A stretch of 64,000 nucleotides of DNA from Candidatus Woesearchaeota archaeon (GCA_027858315.1 JAQICV010000077.1:6186-70185), one strand, 5' to 3'. Shown: positions 40,398 through 48,852, counted from the stretch's first letter. Made by a program: numbers and translations. The notes: generated by a model from the letters alone, not told the origin.

Positions 40398-41027
40398 CTA
40401 TAAATCATTATAGCTAACTAATTGAATATTGTTTTTATCTAATTTGGGAACTAAATATTTAATTTTTTCAATGTCTAACTCTCTTTTCTCATTTAAACTT
40501 GATTTGCAATTTTCATCATATGTGCCTGGATGAAATAAAATTTCATATATCTCATCTTCTTGCATTGATTTTATCATTTCATCTAAATCCTCAAAAGATG
40601 AGTCAGTCCCGTTGAAAAGTTTGTTTGTAGTTTTCACATCTTTTAATTTATTGGTCATAGTTCTACAAGGCAAATTATTCTCTTTACAAAAATTTGAGAT
40701 TACTAAGATTTCTTCATCCGATTTTTTTGGTTTATGAATATCTATGTGAGATGGATTAAATGAGAATATGTCTGAAAAATGATTATATTGGATTGCGATT
40801 TCTTTTTCAAAATTTTCATTTTTAAATTCTAAATGAAGACCAATACTCAAATTATACTTTTCTTTTAATTCAATTATTTTTTTAATTTGCTCTTCTTGTT
40901 CATCACTTACCCAATTTACCATAACAGTTGTTGAAGTAACAAGATTGTTTTCAATTAAATTTAGAATAGATTCGTTAAATATCACACTATATCCAAAATC
41001 ATCCGCATTAATAATTATTCTTTTCAT
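40398..41027 (-). CDS. YdjC/ChbG-like carbohydrate deacetylase
   Basis: IINADDFG, IGLHL, PSHIDIH, EILFHPG. Confidence 0.88.
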   Translation of the reverse strand: MKRIIINADDFGYSVIFNESILNLIENNLVTSTTVMVNWVSDEQEEQIKKIIELKEKYNLSIGLHLEFKNENFEKEIAIQYNHFSDIFSFNPSHIDIHKPKKSDEEILVISNFCKENNLPCRTMTNKLKDVKTTNKLFNGTDSSFEDLDEMIKSMQEDEIYEILFHPGTYDENCKSSLNEKRELDIEKIKYLVPKLDKNNIQLVSYNDL

Positions 41028-41079
41028 ATAAATATTAGTTTAAAATATGAACCTTATAAATATTTCTAAAATTTAAAAT

Positions 41080-41216
41080 AATAGAGGAGGGAGGGATACG
41101 AGAAATTTTTCTTCGAAATAATTTCTGGACAATTTGAACAATAATAAAAATTCGGGAAATTTTTAAACAAATTGAATAATTCAATTAGGTTCAAATAGTT
41201 TGAACCTTCAATCACA
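41080..41216 (-). repeat. Ghost copy of tRNA-Cys 3' part with a 102-bp insert in the T-loop
   Basis: AATAGAGGAGGGAGGGAT[41098-41199]TTGAACCTTCAATCACA vs tRNA AATAGGTGAGGGAGGGAT-TTGAACCCTCGATCACA (+ strand). Confidence 0.8.
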
Positions 41217-41229
41217 ATTTATAGAAAAT

Positions 41230-41301
41230 AGGTGAGGGAGGGATTTGAACCCTCGATCACAGGGTTGCAGCCTATTGCCTTAACCACTTGGCCACCCCAC
41301 C
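41230..41301 (-). tRNA. tRNA-Cys(GCA)
   Basis: GGTGGGG...CCTCACC-T, ATAGG-CTGCAAC-CCTGT, GGTTCAAATCC; U73. Confidence 0.95.
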
Positions 41302-41393
41302 ACAAGTAAATATTAATTATATTTGTTTTATAAAGGTTTCTTACAAAGAAACTTCCGAAGAAATCTCTGATTTGTGACTGAAATTTTCCTATA

Positions 41394-41741
41394 TTAAAAA
41401 TTAGATAATTTGCCTGTAATTGAGTCTATTTTATCCTCATTTTCTGGACCAATTGCAAGACAAGTTGGAGTTCCAGGAGCAATTTCTGTTCTTCCTGCAT
41501 CAGTTATTAGAGCAGTTGTTAGTCCAAAATCTTTTGCTTCTTGAAGGTATTTGTATAATTCTTTTTCAGATTCAATCTTTAGAGTAATTTTTTTCATACC
41601 CGAATTTCTCCACTTTGAAACCATTCTATCGTCTGAACGAAGTGTTGCTTCAACTGCTGCATGAGCTGCTTGAGCTGCAATTTTACCTTTAGACATTCCT
41701 AAGTCTTTTCGAATTAGAATTACTTGTTTTAATTCAGACAT
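41394..41741 (-). CDS. pth2: Peptidyl-tRNA hydrolase Pth2
   Basis: KQVILIRKDL.MSKGK.AAQAAH, DAGRTE, T.LAIGP; start at MSELK. Confidence 0.95.
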   Translation of the reverse strand: MSELKQVILIRKDLGMSKGKIAAQAAHAAVEATLRSDDRMVSKWRNSGMKKITLKIESEKELYKYLQEAKDFGLTTALITDAGRTEIAPGTPTCLAIGPENEDKIDSITGKLSNF

Positions 41742-41957
41742 AGAATTGGTGGTTTTTAATAGTTTAAAAAGTTTGGTCAAAAATTTAAAAAACATTTTTT
41801 CGAAGCAATTTAATTTTTAAATAGTTCATTCACTAAGTTTGGAACAATTTAATTCTGGAAAAATTAAATAGTTTTATAAAAGTAAATTCATATATAATTT
41901 TATGGTACAGTCACAATTAAAAATTGTTCGGGACCATTTTAAATATTAAAATTAAAA

Positions 41958-43343
41958 ATGGTACTTGACAATTTAGGTGGGTCTTTGAAAGATACACTAT
42001 CTAAGATTAGGAATTCTTTAACAGTTGATAGAAATTTAGTTGAAGAAATTCTAAAAGAGATTCAAAAAGCTCTTTTGAGCTCTGATGTTAATGTTAGGTT
42101 AGTTCTTGAAGTTACAAAAAGAATTCGTGAAAGAGCAATTAATGAGAGAAATGAGAATCTTACGAAAAAAGAACAACTTATTACAATTATTTATGAAGAA
42201 TTGTCTGCTTTTTTGGGAGATGGAAAAGAATTTGAATTGCGTGAAAAACAAAATAGAATTTTACTTGTTGGCTTGTATGGTCAAGGAAAGACTACTACTT
42301 CAGGAAAATTAGGAAATTATTTTAAAAATAGAACAAAAAAAGTTGCACTTATTTCAACAGATACATGGAGACCTGCAGCATATGACCAATTAAAACAACT
42401 TGGAGATAAAATTGAGATTCAAGTTTTTGGAGATAAAACTGCTAAGAAACCGGAAGAAATTTATAAAAAATTCAAAAAAGAATTAGATAAATTTGAGATA
42501 GTAATCATTGATAGTGCTGGAAGAGATAGTTTGAATAAAGAACTTGTAGATGAAATTACTGACTTGAATAAAATAGTTGACCCAACAGATACATTTTTAG
42601 TTATGGGTGCAGATGTTGGACAGACTGCACAAAGACAAGCTGAAGCGTTTAAAGATAATTTGAATGTGACAGGAGTTATCATTACTAAGATGGATGGAAC
42701 TGGTAAAGGTGGAGGCGCCCTTAGTGCTTGTTCTATTGTTGAAGCTCCAGTAAGATTTATTGGTGTTGGTGAAAAAACTGAAGATTTTGAAAGATTTAAT
42801 TCTGAGAAATTTGTATCCCAACTTTTAGGCATGGGTGATATTGATACTCTTCTTGAAAAAGCAAAACTTGCAATTGATGAAGATAAAGCTAGAGGCATGG
42901 CCGATCGTATGATGAAAGGAAATTTTGACCTTGATGATTTATACGAGCAAATGGGTGCTATGAAGAAAATGGGTTCTATGTCTAAAATTATGGGAATGAT
43001 GCCCGGAATGGGAGGTTTGAAGATTGATAAATCACAGATGGAAAATCAAGAGTCTAAGATGAAAAAATGGAAATTTATTATGGATTCAATGACTAAATAT
43101 GAAAAAAGAAATCCTGAAGTAATTGAACTTTCAAGAATCAAAAGAATTGCTCAAGGTTCAGGAACTCAAGTTTCAGATTTAAGAGAACTCCTAAAACATT
43201 TTAAACAGACTAAAAAAATGATGACTATGTTAAAAGATCCTGGTTCAATGCCCGATATGGATAATATGAATCCTCAAGAAATTATGAAAATGATGAAAAA
43301 ATCAGGCATGAAAGATTTTAAAAAATTAGGTAAAAAAAAATAG
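41958..43343 (+). CDS. srp54: Signal recognition particle protein SRP54
   Basis: GLYGQGKTTT, DSAGR, TKMDG.GKGGG, Met-rich M domain. Confidence 0.97.
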   Translation: MVLDNLGGSLKDTLSKIRNSLTVDRNLVEEILKEIQKALLSSDVNVRLVLEVTKRIRERAINERNENLTKKEQLITIIYEELSAFLGDGKEFELREKQNRILLVGLYGQGKTTTSGKLGNYFKNRTKKVALISTDTWRPAAYDQLKQLGDKIEIQVFGDKTAKKPEEIYKKFKKELDKFEIVIIDSAGRDSLNKELVDEITDLNKIVDPTDTFLVMGADVGQTAQRQAEAFKDNLNVTGVIITKMDGTGKGGGALSACSIVEAPVRFIGVGEKTEDFERFNSEKFVSQLLGMGDIDTLLEKAKLAIDEDKARGMADRMMKGNFDLDDLYEQMGAMKKMGSMSKIMGMMPGMGGLKIDKSQMENQESKMKKWKFIMDSMTKYEKRNPEVIELSRIKRIAQGSGTQVSDLRELLKHFKQTKKMMTMLKDPGSMPDMDNMNPQEIMKMMKKSGMKDFKKLGKKK

Positions 43344-43403
43344 TGAATACTCTAATTAGATAAACAAACTTTAAAAACAAATAAGATTTAAAAATAATAT
43401 AAA

Positions 43404-43688
43404 ATGAATGATGTAGAAGATAATCCGAATAATCCTACGATTCTTTCTGGAGAAAAATTGAATGTAAGGCACCACTTCATTATTAAATATAAAACTGAGG
43501 AAGATAGAATCAAATTTATCGAAAAAGTTTTAAAACTTATCAAAGATCATGAGATTAGAGATTATTTTATTGAAGAAAAAAAAGCTTTTATGAAAAATAG
43601 AATATTATATAATCATAAAACTCTGATTAATGGTAATGAATTTAGTTTTTCCCAAATAGATCAAGAATTTTGTAAATATTTGAACTAA
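43404..43688 (+). CDS. Hypothetical protein
   Basis: 94-aa ORF with TATA-like element upstream. Confidence 0.5.
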   Translation: MNDVEDNPNNPTILSGEKLNVRHHFIIKYKTEEDRIKFIEKVLKLIKDHEIRDYFIEEKKAFMKNRILYNHKTLINGNEFSFSQIDQEFCKYLN

Positions 43689-44041
43689 AATAAATTTTTA
43701 ATAATTTTCTTCCACAATATTATTTCCTTTGAAAAATTAATCATGAATAATGTTGCAATTCCCCATAGAACAAGTAACCATATTGGAATTCCAAAATAAT
43801 TAGGCTTTGAATATGTCCATGCTCCATATGAAATTGCAATTATTTCTGAGATTGCTCCCATTAAACCACAAATAAAAAATATTAGAATCATATCTTTATC
43901 TTTCATTAAAAACAATATTAGAAATGCATAGAATATTAATAGAACTAATACTAGATTTGGGTTATTCCATAAAAAAGCAACTGTTAAAAGAGTCATAACT
44001 GATAGAGTATTTGTCAGAAAAGATTTTAGATATTCATTCAT
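43685..44041 (-). CDS. Small membrane protein
   Basis: GAISE..I..GAWTY....GIPIWL..LWG pattern, 4 TMs. Confidence 0.6.
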   Translation of the reverse strand: MNEYLKSFLTNTLSVMTLLTVAFLWNNPNLVLVLLIFYAFLILFLMKDKDMILIFFICGLMGAISEIIAISYGAWTYSKPNYFGIPIWLLVLWGIATLFMINFSKEIILWKKIIKNLF

Positions 44042-44063
44042 ACAATTTTTAAAAATCTAATAT

Positions 44064-44684
44064 TTATAAAAGTTCTTTAAATTCTTGAATATTTTCTACC
44101 AAATAATCTGGATTAAATTTTTCAAGTAATTTTTTAGAGTTATAACCCCAACTAACACTTATACATTTTACTCCTGCAGCTTTGGATGCTTCAATATCTC
44201 TAATCTCATCTCCAACATAATATACTTCTTCTTTATTTAGATTATTTTCATCAATTATTTTTTGAATGTGTTTTGCTTTTCCAAATAAAGAGGATTTGTA
44301 GTATTGTTTGTCAAAGAAATCTAATTTCTCTTTTTTGAATATTTTTTCAACAAATTCTTTGTTGTTAGAAGTTAAAATGTATAGTTTATGATTTTTACTT
44401 TTTAGATGTTCGAATAAAGTTTTTATTCTTTCAAAAGGTTTTACTTCGGAGTCCCTTTTATTAAAATCTCGTTTTATTTTCCAAACAATATATAATATCT
44501 GTAATTTATTAAGTTTAAATTCTTTGATTATATCATGCAAGGATTTATTTTCTATCAAATTGTATAGTCCTTTTTTACTCACTTCAATTCCAGATTTATT
44601 TGCATTTAAATATAGACAATCAATTAATAAATCTAAACTGTTAAGTATTGTTCCATCTACATCAAATATTAGAGTTTTACTCAT
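44064..44684 (-). CDS. HAD family phosphatase
   Basis: IFDVDGTI, LTSN, YVGDE.RD, SWGYN. Confidence 0.9.
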   Translation of the reverse strand: MSKTLIFDVDGTILNSLDLLIDCLYLNANKSGIEVSKKGLYNLIENKSLHDIIKEFKLNKLQILYIVWKIKRDFNKRDSEVKPFERIKTLFEHLKSKNHKLYILTSNNKEFVEKIFKKEKLDFFDKQYYKSSLFGKAKHIQKIIDENNLNKEEVYYVGDEIRDIEASKAAGVKCISVSWGYNSKKLLEKFNPDYLVENIQEFKELL

Positions 44685-45405
44685 TTTTGAACTCCAATAA
44701 AAAAATGTCTTTGATATTTATTACAGGTTTTGAATGTCTTAATATGTCATCTTGACCAATTCTAGGACAAGCAGTATTTACCCAACATTCTACGAATGGG
44801 AAATTTTCCATTTCACTATCCAAGAAATTATCTGAAACAAAATAATAAAATTCTTTATCTTTGTATTGGTCTTTTAATTTTAAAGCTGATTCTTTGTATT
44901 CTTGTCCCCATTTTGATGAAACAAAAACTCCGATAATGTTTGAAGTATAAAATTTTAAAAGATTTCCTTTTTTCTTTTTTAAGTATTTTTCAATATGAGT
45001 TTTATCTATTACTTCAATTAATTCTTGAACTATATTTAAAATAATTACTGGCTTGATTTTATCCTGATTTTCTTGAGCTAGTAGAATTGCATTTGGATGA
45101 AAATATCCATCACCAATATATACAAATCCATCAACTTTTGAAATGTCTAAATTTAAATTGTCTACATAGGAATCACACCCTAGAATTTGTCCTTTAAATT
45201 CTGCTCTATGAGGTTTAGTAATTATTATATTGTATCCTTCTTTTTCTAAAAGAGATTTTACTATTTCTAATTTTGGAATAAATTGAATTGCGCAGTATAT
45301 AGCAATTGTTTTTTTTTCACCAAGTGTTTCTTTTAATTTTTTAGTAAAATCTTGTGGTATTATGAAGTCTATTCCAAAATTTGCATTTAATAATTTTATT
45401 TTCAT
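44677..45405 (-). CDS. dph2: Diphthamide synthesis Dph2, C-terminal half
   Basis: GQILGC, YIGDGYFH, VNTACPRI. Confidence 0.85.
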   Translation of the reverse strand: MKIKLLNANFGIDFIIPQDFTKKLKETLGEKKTIAIYCAIQFIPKLEIVKSLLEKEGYNIIITKPHRAEFKGQILGCDSYVDNLNLDISKVDGFVYIGDGYFHPNAILLAQENQDKIKPVIILNIVQELIEVIDKTHIEKYLKKKKGNLLKFYTSNIIGVFVSSKWGQEYKESALKLKDQYKDKEFYYFVSDNFLDSEMENFPFVECWVNTACPRIGQDDILRHSKPVINIKDIFLLEFKNE

Positions 45406-45488
45406 TTTTGGACCACCTCCAAAAATGAAGAAATTTGTTCCAAATTTCTTAACAATCCAATACTAAGTATTTTGCCTTGTTTCATTCT

Positions 45489-45779
45489 TTACCACATCTC
45501 CTTTTTCTTAATGTATACAGCATGACCCCATTGAACACATAAGTCAAAACCCAATTTATCTAAGTGGTGAGGGATGTCACATGCACCAAAACATGTACCA
45601 AAATATGAAAAATAATCTGCTTTTGTTTTTTCTTTTAGTTCATCAATTATCTCTTTTGAGTAATATTTTAGTCCATCCGGAAACTGAAGAAGCACTAATT
45701 TGTGATTATTAGAATTTATATCATCTATTAATTTGTCAATTTCTAAATCATAATATGTTTTGTACTTTTTCTCACTCAT
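45489..45779 (-). CDS. dph2: Diphthamide synthesis Dph2, N-terminal half
   Basis: LLQFPDGLK, CFGACD, QWGH. Confidence 0.85.
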   Translation of the reverse strand: MSEKKYKTYYDLEIDKLIDDINSNNHKLVLLQFPDGLKYYSKEIIDELKEKTKADYFSYFGTCFGACDIPHHLDKLGFDLCVQWGHAVYIKKKEMW

Positions 45780-45865
45780 ATTAATGATTAAAGTGAGCTA
45801 ATTTAAAAAATTATTGACAATTATTGAAATAAATAGACATATAAATAGAAATTATTCTAAAAACT

Positions 45866-46552
45866 ATGAATGAAGAGTGGTTTGATCAAAATTATGAATG
45901 GCCAGGTTGGCCTTTGAAAGATGACCCACATGGAATAGATTTTGATTTAGATGCCAGAAAAAGAATGGTTGGAGGTAGTGAGTTACTACTTCCTTTTATT
46001 TATAAATACAGGAATGGTGTTTGTAATGCCATACTAGAGATTGGACCTTTTTTTAACCCACTTATTACAACTAAGAATTTTCCAAACAAAAATATTTGTT
46101 ATTGGGAAAATGATAGACATGTATTAAAATGGCTCCCTAAATTTAATAATTCTGAATTGGTTAAACCTATTTACTGCGACTTAAAAGAGATTGAAGGCGA
46201 TTCATTAATAACTCTTCAACAAGAAACATTTAAGTATTTTAAAGAAGTAAAAAATACTAGCAATAAATTTGATTTTGTTATTATTTCTCAAGTATTGAAT
46301 TATGTTGATTATAAATTGTTTTTATTAATTTTGAAGAGTTTTGTTAAAAAAGATGGACTAATTTTCATAAATAATGTTGTAGAACATGGTTTGCCTGATT
46401 ATTTCTCAGATAAGAGACCAAAAAGTATTAAAGAAACTATTGAGATTTTAGAACATATAGGTTATGAAATTTTAGAAAAAGATATTATTGCAACCCAATA
46501 TCCTGATTCTCAAAAAAAAGATAGAGTAATACTTGTCGTTAAAAATAAATAA
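45866..46552 (+). CDS. Class I SAM-methyltransferase-like protein
   Basis: ILEIGP, FDFVIISQVLNY, KDGLIFI. Confidence 0.55.
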   Translation: MNEEWFDQNYEWPGWPLKDDPHGIDFDLDARKRMVGGSELLLPFIYKYRNGVCNAILEIGPFFNPLITTKNFPNKNICYWENDRHVLKWLPKFNNSELVKPIYCDLKEIEGDSLITLQQETFKYFKEVKNTSNKFDFVIISQVLNYVDYKLFLLILKSFVKKDGLIFINNVVEHGLPDYFSDKRPKSIKETIEILEHIGYEILEKDIIATQYPDSQKKDRVILVVKNK

Positions 46553-46855
46553 TCATTTATACTCATCAATTAAATCCTCATCATAAGAAGAATCATATTT
46601 TGAGATTTGAGATGATTGATTATTTTTATTTTTTTTATGATAGACATAATAACTAATAATTAAAATCCATATCAATGATTGCATCAAATATGAAATCATA
46701 CCACTTTTTAAATAGAAATTAACACCAAATAAAATTATTATTAAAATTAACATAAATTTAAAAGGTAAAGTTTCCTTACTCTTTTCAAAACCAAGAATAG
46801 AATTTCTAATTGGTTTTCCATCAATTCCATATTTTGGTTCCTCAAAATTATCCAT
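46553..46855 (-). CDS. Small 2-TM protein with acidic tail
   Basis: PKYGIDGKPIRNS; paralog of the next gene. Confidence 0.6.
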   Translation of the reverse strand: MDNFEEPKYGIDGKPIRNSILGFEKSKETLPFKFMLILIIILFGVNFYLKSGMISYLMQSLIWILIISYYVYHKKNKNNQSSQISKYDSSYDEDLIDEYK

Positions 46856-46924
46856 GATATGTATCCAAGAATTATATTTATAATCTTTTTTAACTATTTA
46901 TTTTAATATCTAGTTAATTTTTAA

Positions 46925-47308
46925 TTATTTATTAAATTCTTCAATTAATTTATCTGCTTTTTTTTGATCAAAATCAGATTCATCATCATATTGATCTAAG
47001 ATTTCATCTATTTCATCATCTGATTCAATATCTAAGGGATTACTTCCTTTATTATCATTAAAGGTATCATCTATTTGTCTAATTTTCATGTAGCCTAAGA
47101 ATATTATTAATACAAGATAAAATAACCCTTGGCCCAAAATCATTGCCAATTTAGGACTTATCATAAAATAAATAACTGCTAAAGTAATTAGAGTACCAAA
47201 AATTATCTTAATAGTTAAACCATGATTTGAATCTTTATTAATTTTAAACATTGAATCTTTAATTGGTCTACCATCAGGAGCATATTTTGATTCATGATTA
47301 TTCTTCAT
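46925..47308 (-). CDS. Small 2-TM protein with acidic tail
   Basis: SKYAPDGRPIKDS; paralog of the previous gene. Confidence 0.6.
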   Translation of the reverse strand: MKNNHESKYAPDGRPIKDSMFKINKDSNHGLTIKIIFGTLITLAVIYFMISPKLAMILGQGLFYLVLIIFLGYMKIRQIDDTFNDNKGSNPLDIESDDEIDEILDQYDDESDFDQKKADKLIEEFNK

Positions 47309-47419
47309 AATTATTTTTCAAAAGATAAGATTTATAATACTTTTTAATCTTAATTTAGTTATGTGCAGTCACAAATCGAAGATTTGTTCGGTACATTTTT
47401 AACAAAAAAATTGTAAAAA

Positions 47420-47935
47420 ATGGAAAAACCTTTTTTAAAGATAAAGCTATTAAGAGAGAATGCTACAATGCCTTCTAAGAGAGTTGAAGATGCATGTTTT
47501 GATTTGTATGGATGTTTTGATGAAGATCCAAAGTTCTCATATCCAGGAGATATTTATTTAGTTCCATTAGGTATTTCAACAGAATTCCCAAGAGATTGGG
47601 TTTTTTATATCGTTGAGAGGTCAGGTTCAGGGTCCAAAGGGATTTCTACTAGAGCAGGAGTAATAGACAGTGGATATAGGGGAGAGATTAAAACTCCACT
47701 GAATAATACAACAAATAAATTGATTATTTTTTCAGAATTCCCTGATGAAGAAATTAAAGAGAAATTTGCAGAGAAATTAAAGGGCTTTGAAGATAATTAT
47801 AGGATTTATCCTCAATCTAAAGGGATTGCGCAAGGTTTCTTACTATATTGTCCACATGTTGATGTTGAAGAAGTAAAAGAACTTGATATGAACTCCGAGA
47901 GAGGATCTGGAGGATGGGGAAGTACAGGTAAATAA
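47420..47935 (+). CDS. dut: Trimeric dUTPase
   Basis: ACFDL, RSG, GVIDSGYRGE, IAQ, ERGSGGWGSTG. Confidence 0.92.
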   Translation: MEKPFLKIKLLRENATMPSKRVEDACFDLYGCFDEDPKFSYPGDIYLVPLGISTEFPRDWVFYIVERSGSGSKGISTRAGVIDSGYRGEIKTPLNNTTNKLIIFSEFPDEEIKEKFAEKLKGFEDNYRIYPQSKGIAQGFLLYCPHVDVEEVKELDMNSERGSGGWGSTGK

Positions 47936-47991
47936 AATTTTAATTTATTCTAATTTTTAATATAATAAACACACAACTTCTATACTTTTTC

Positions 47992-48137
47992 TCAATTTAG
48001 AATTATGAAAATGTGGCCATACGGATACGAGAAATTTTTCTTTGAAATAATTTCTGGAACATTGTTAAAACAAAGTACGAGAAATTTTACTACACAACAA
48101 TTTTTACTTCATAAAAATAGTTTGAACTCTCTTCAAA
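47992..48137 (-). repeat. Ghost copy of tRNA-Pro 3' end plus flank, with a 95-bp insert in the T-loop
   Basis: TCAATTTAGAATTATGAAAATGTGGCCATACGGAT[48027-48121]TTGAAC vs TCAATTAGAATTACGAAAACGTGGCCACGCGGAT-TTGAAC. Confidence 0.8.
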
Positions 48138-48162
48138 TCTTATTCAATTAGAATTACGAAAA

Positions 48163-48237
48163 CGTGGCCACGCGGATTTGAACCGCGGTCCAAGCGTCCC
48201 AAACGCCTGATGATAGACCAGACTACACTATGGCCAC
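48163..48237 (-). tRNA. tRNA-Pro(TGG)
   Basis: GTGGCCA...TGGCCAC-G, AGGCG-TTTGGGA-CGCTT, CGCGG-TTCAAAT-CCGCG. Confidence 0.93.
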
Positions 48238-48255
48238 ATAAAAAAAATGTTGGAT

Positions 48256-48852
48256 TTACTCATCACTAAAATCATCTAGTGTGTACTTGAAATCTTTTTC
48301 CTTAATAATGCCTCTATTTGATAAATAGTGTTTTGCAAGAAGCATAAATGCTAAACCTAAAGATTTTTTACCTTTATTATTAATAGGAACAACTAAATCT
48401 AATTTTGAAGTTCTATTGTTAGTATCACAGAATCCAACTGTAATAATTCCTTGTTCAAATGCTTCACTTAAAATGTTTTTATCAGTTAAAGGGTCACATA
48501 CAATTACAACTTTATATTCTTTGAAATCTTCAAGAGATACATTTGTTAATTTACCTGGAAGGTATCTTCCAGTAAAGATGTCACAACCAATTAATTTTGC
48601 AAACATTTGTAGAGGCTTTTTTGCATTTTCTCTTCTTCCCATAATTACAAATTCAGAAGGATCATATCTTGAAAGTAAATTAATTAAAACTTTTAGTCTA
48701 CTATCAACATCATCAGTGTTTAAGATTTTTAACCCATCAGGTCTTGATCTTATAATGAACTTGTCAGTAAATCCGTTTTTATACTTAGTTCCAATGTGTA
48801 CTCCTGCTGTTAAATAGTCATCAACAGGTACCAAAGTAGTATTTTCAACCAT
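48256..48852 (-). CDS. rps2: 30S ribosomal protein S2
   Basis: YLTAGVHIG, RPDG, GRYLPG.LTN, CDTNN, PINNKG. Confidence 0.95.
   Translation of the reverse strand: MVENTTLVPVDDYLTAGVHIGTKYKNGFTDKFIIRSRPDGLKILNTDDVDSRLKVLINLLSRYDPSEFVIMGRRENAKKPLQMFAKLIGCDIFTGRYLPGKLTNVSLEDFKEYKVVIVCDPLTDKNILSEAFEQGIITVGFCDTNNRTSKLDLVVPINNKGKKSLGLAFMLLAKHYLSNRGIIKEKDFKYTLDDFSDE

Noticed and set aside
41098-41199. T-loop inserts as non-canonical BHB tRNA introns or split-tRNA halves
   Set aside because: The insert 3' end (..CTCGTA|TCC) cannot pair with TTCA to form the 4-bp BHB helix; the ghosts lack D-arm and anticodon and have degenerate T-stems; intact genes are adjacent.
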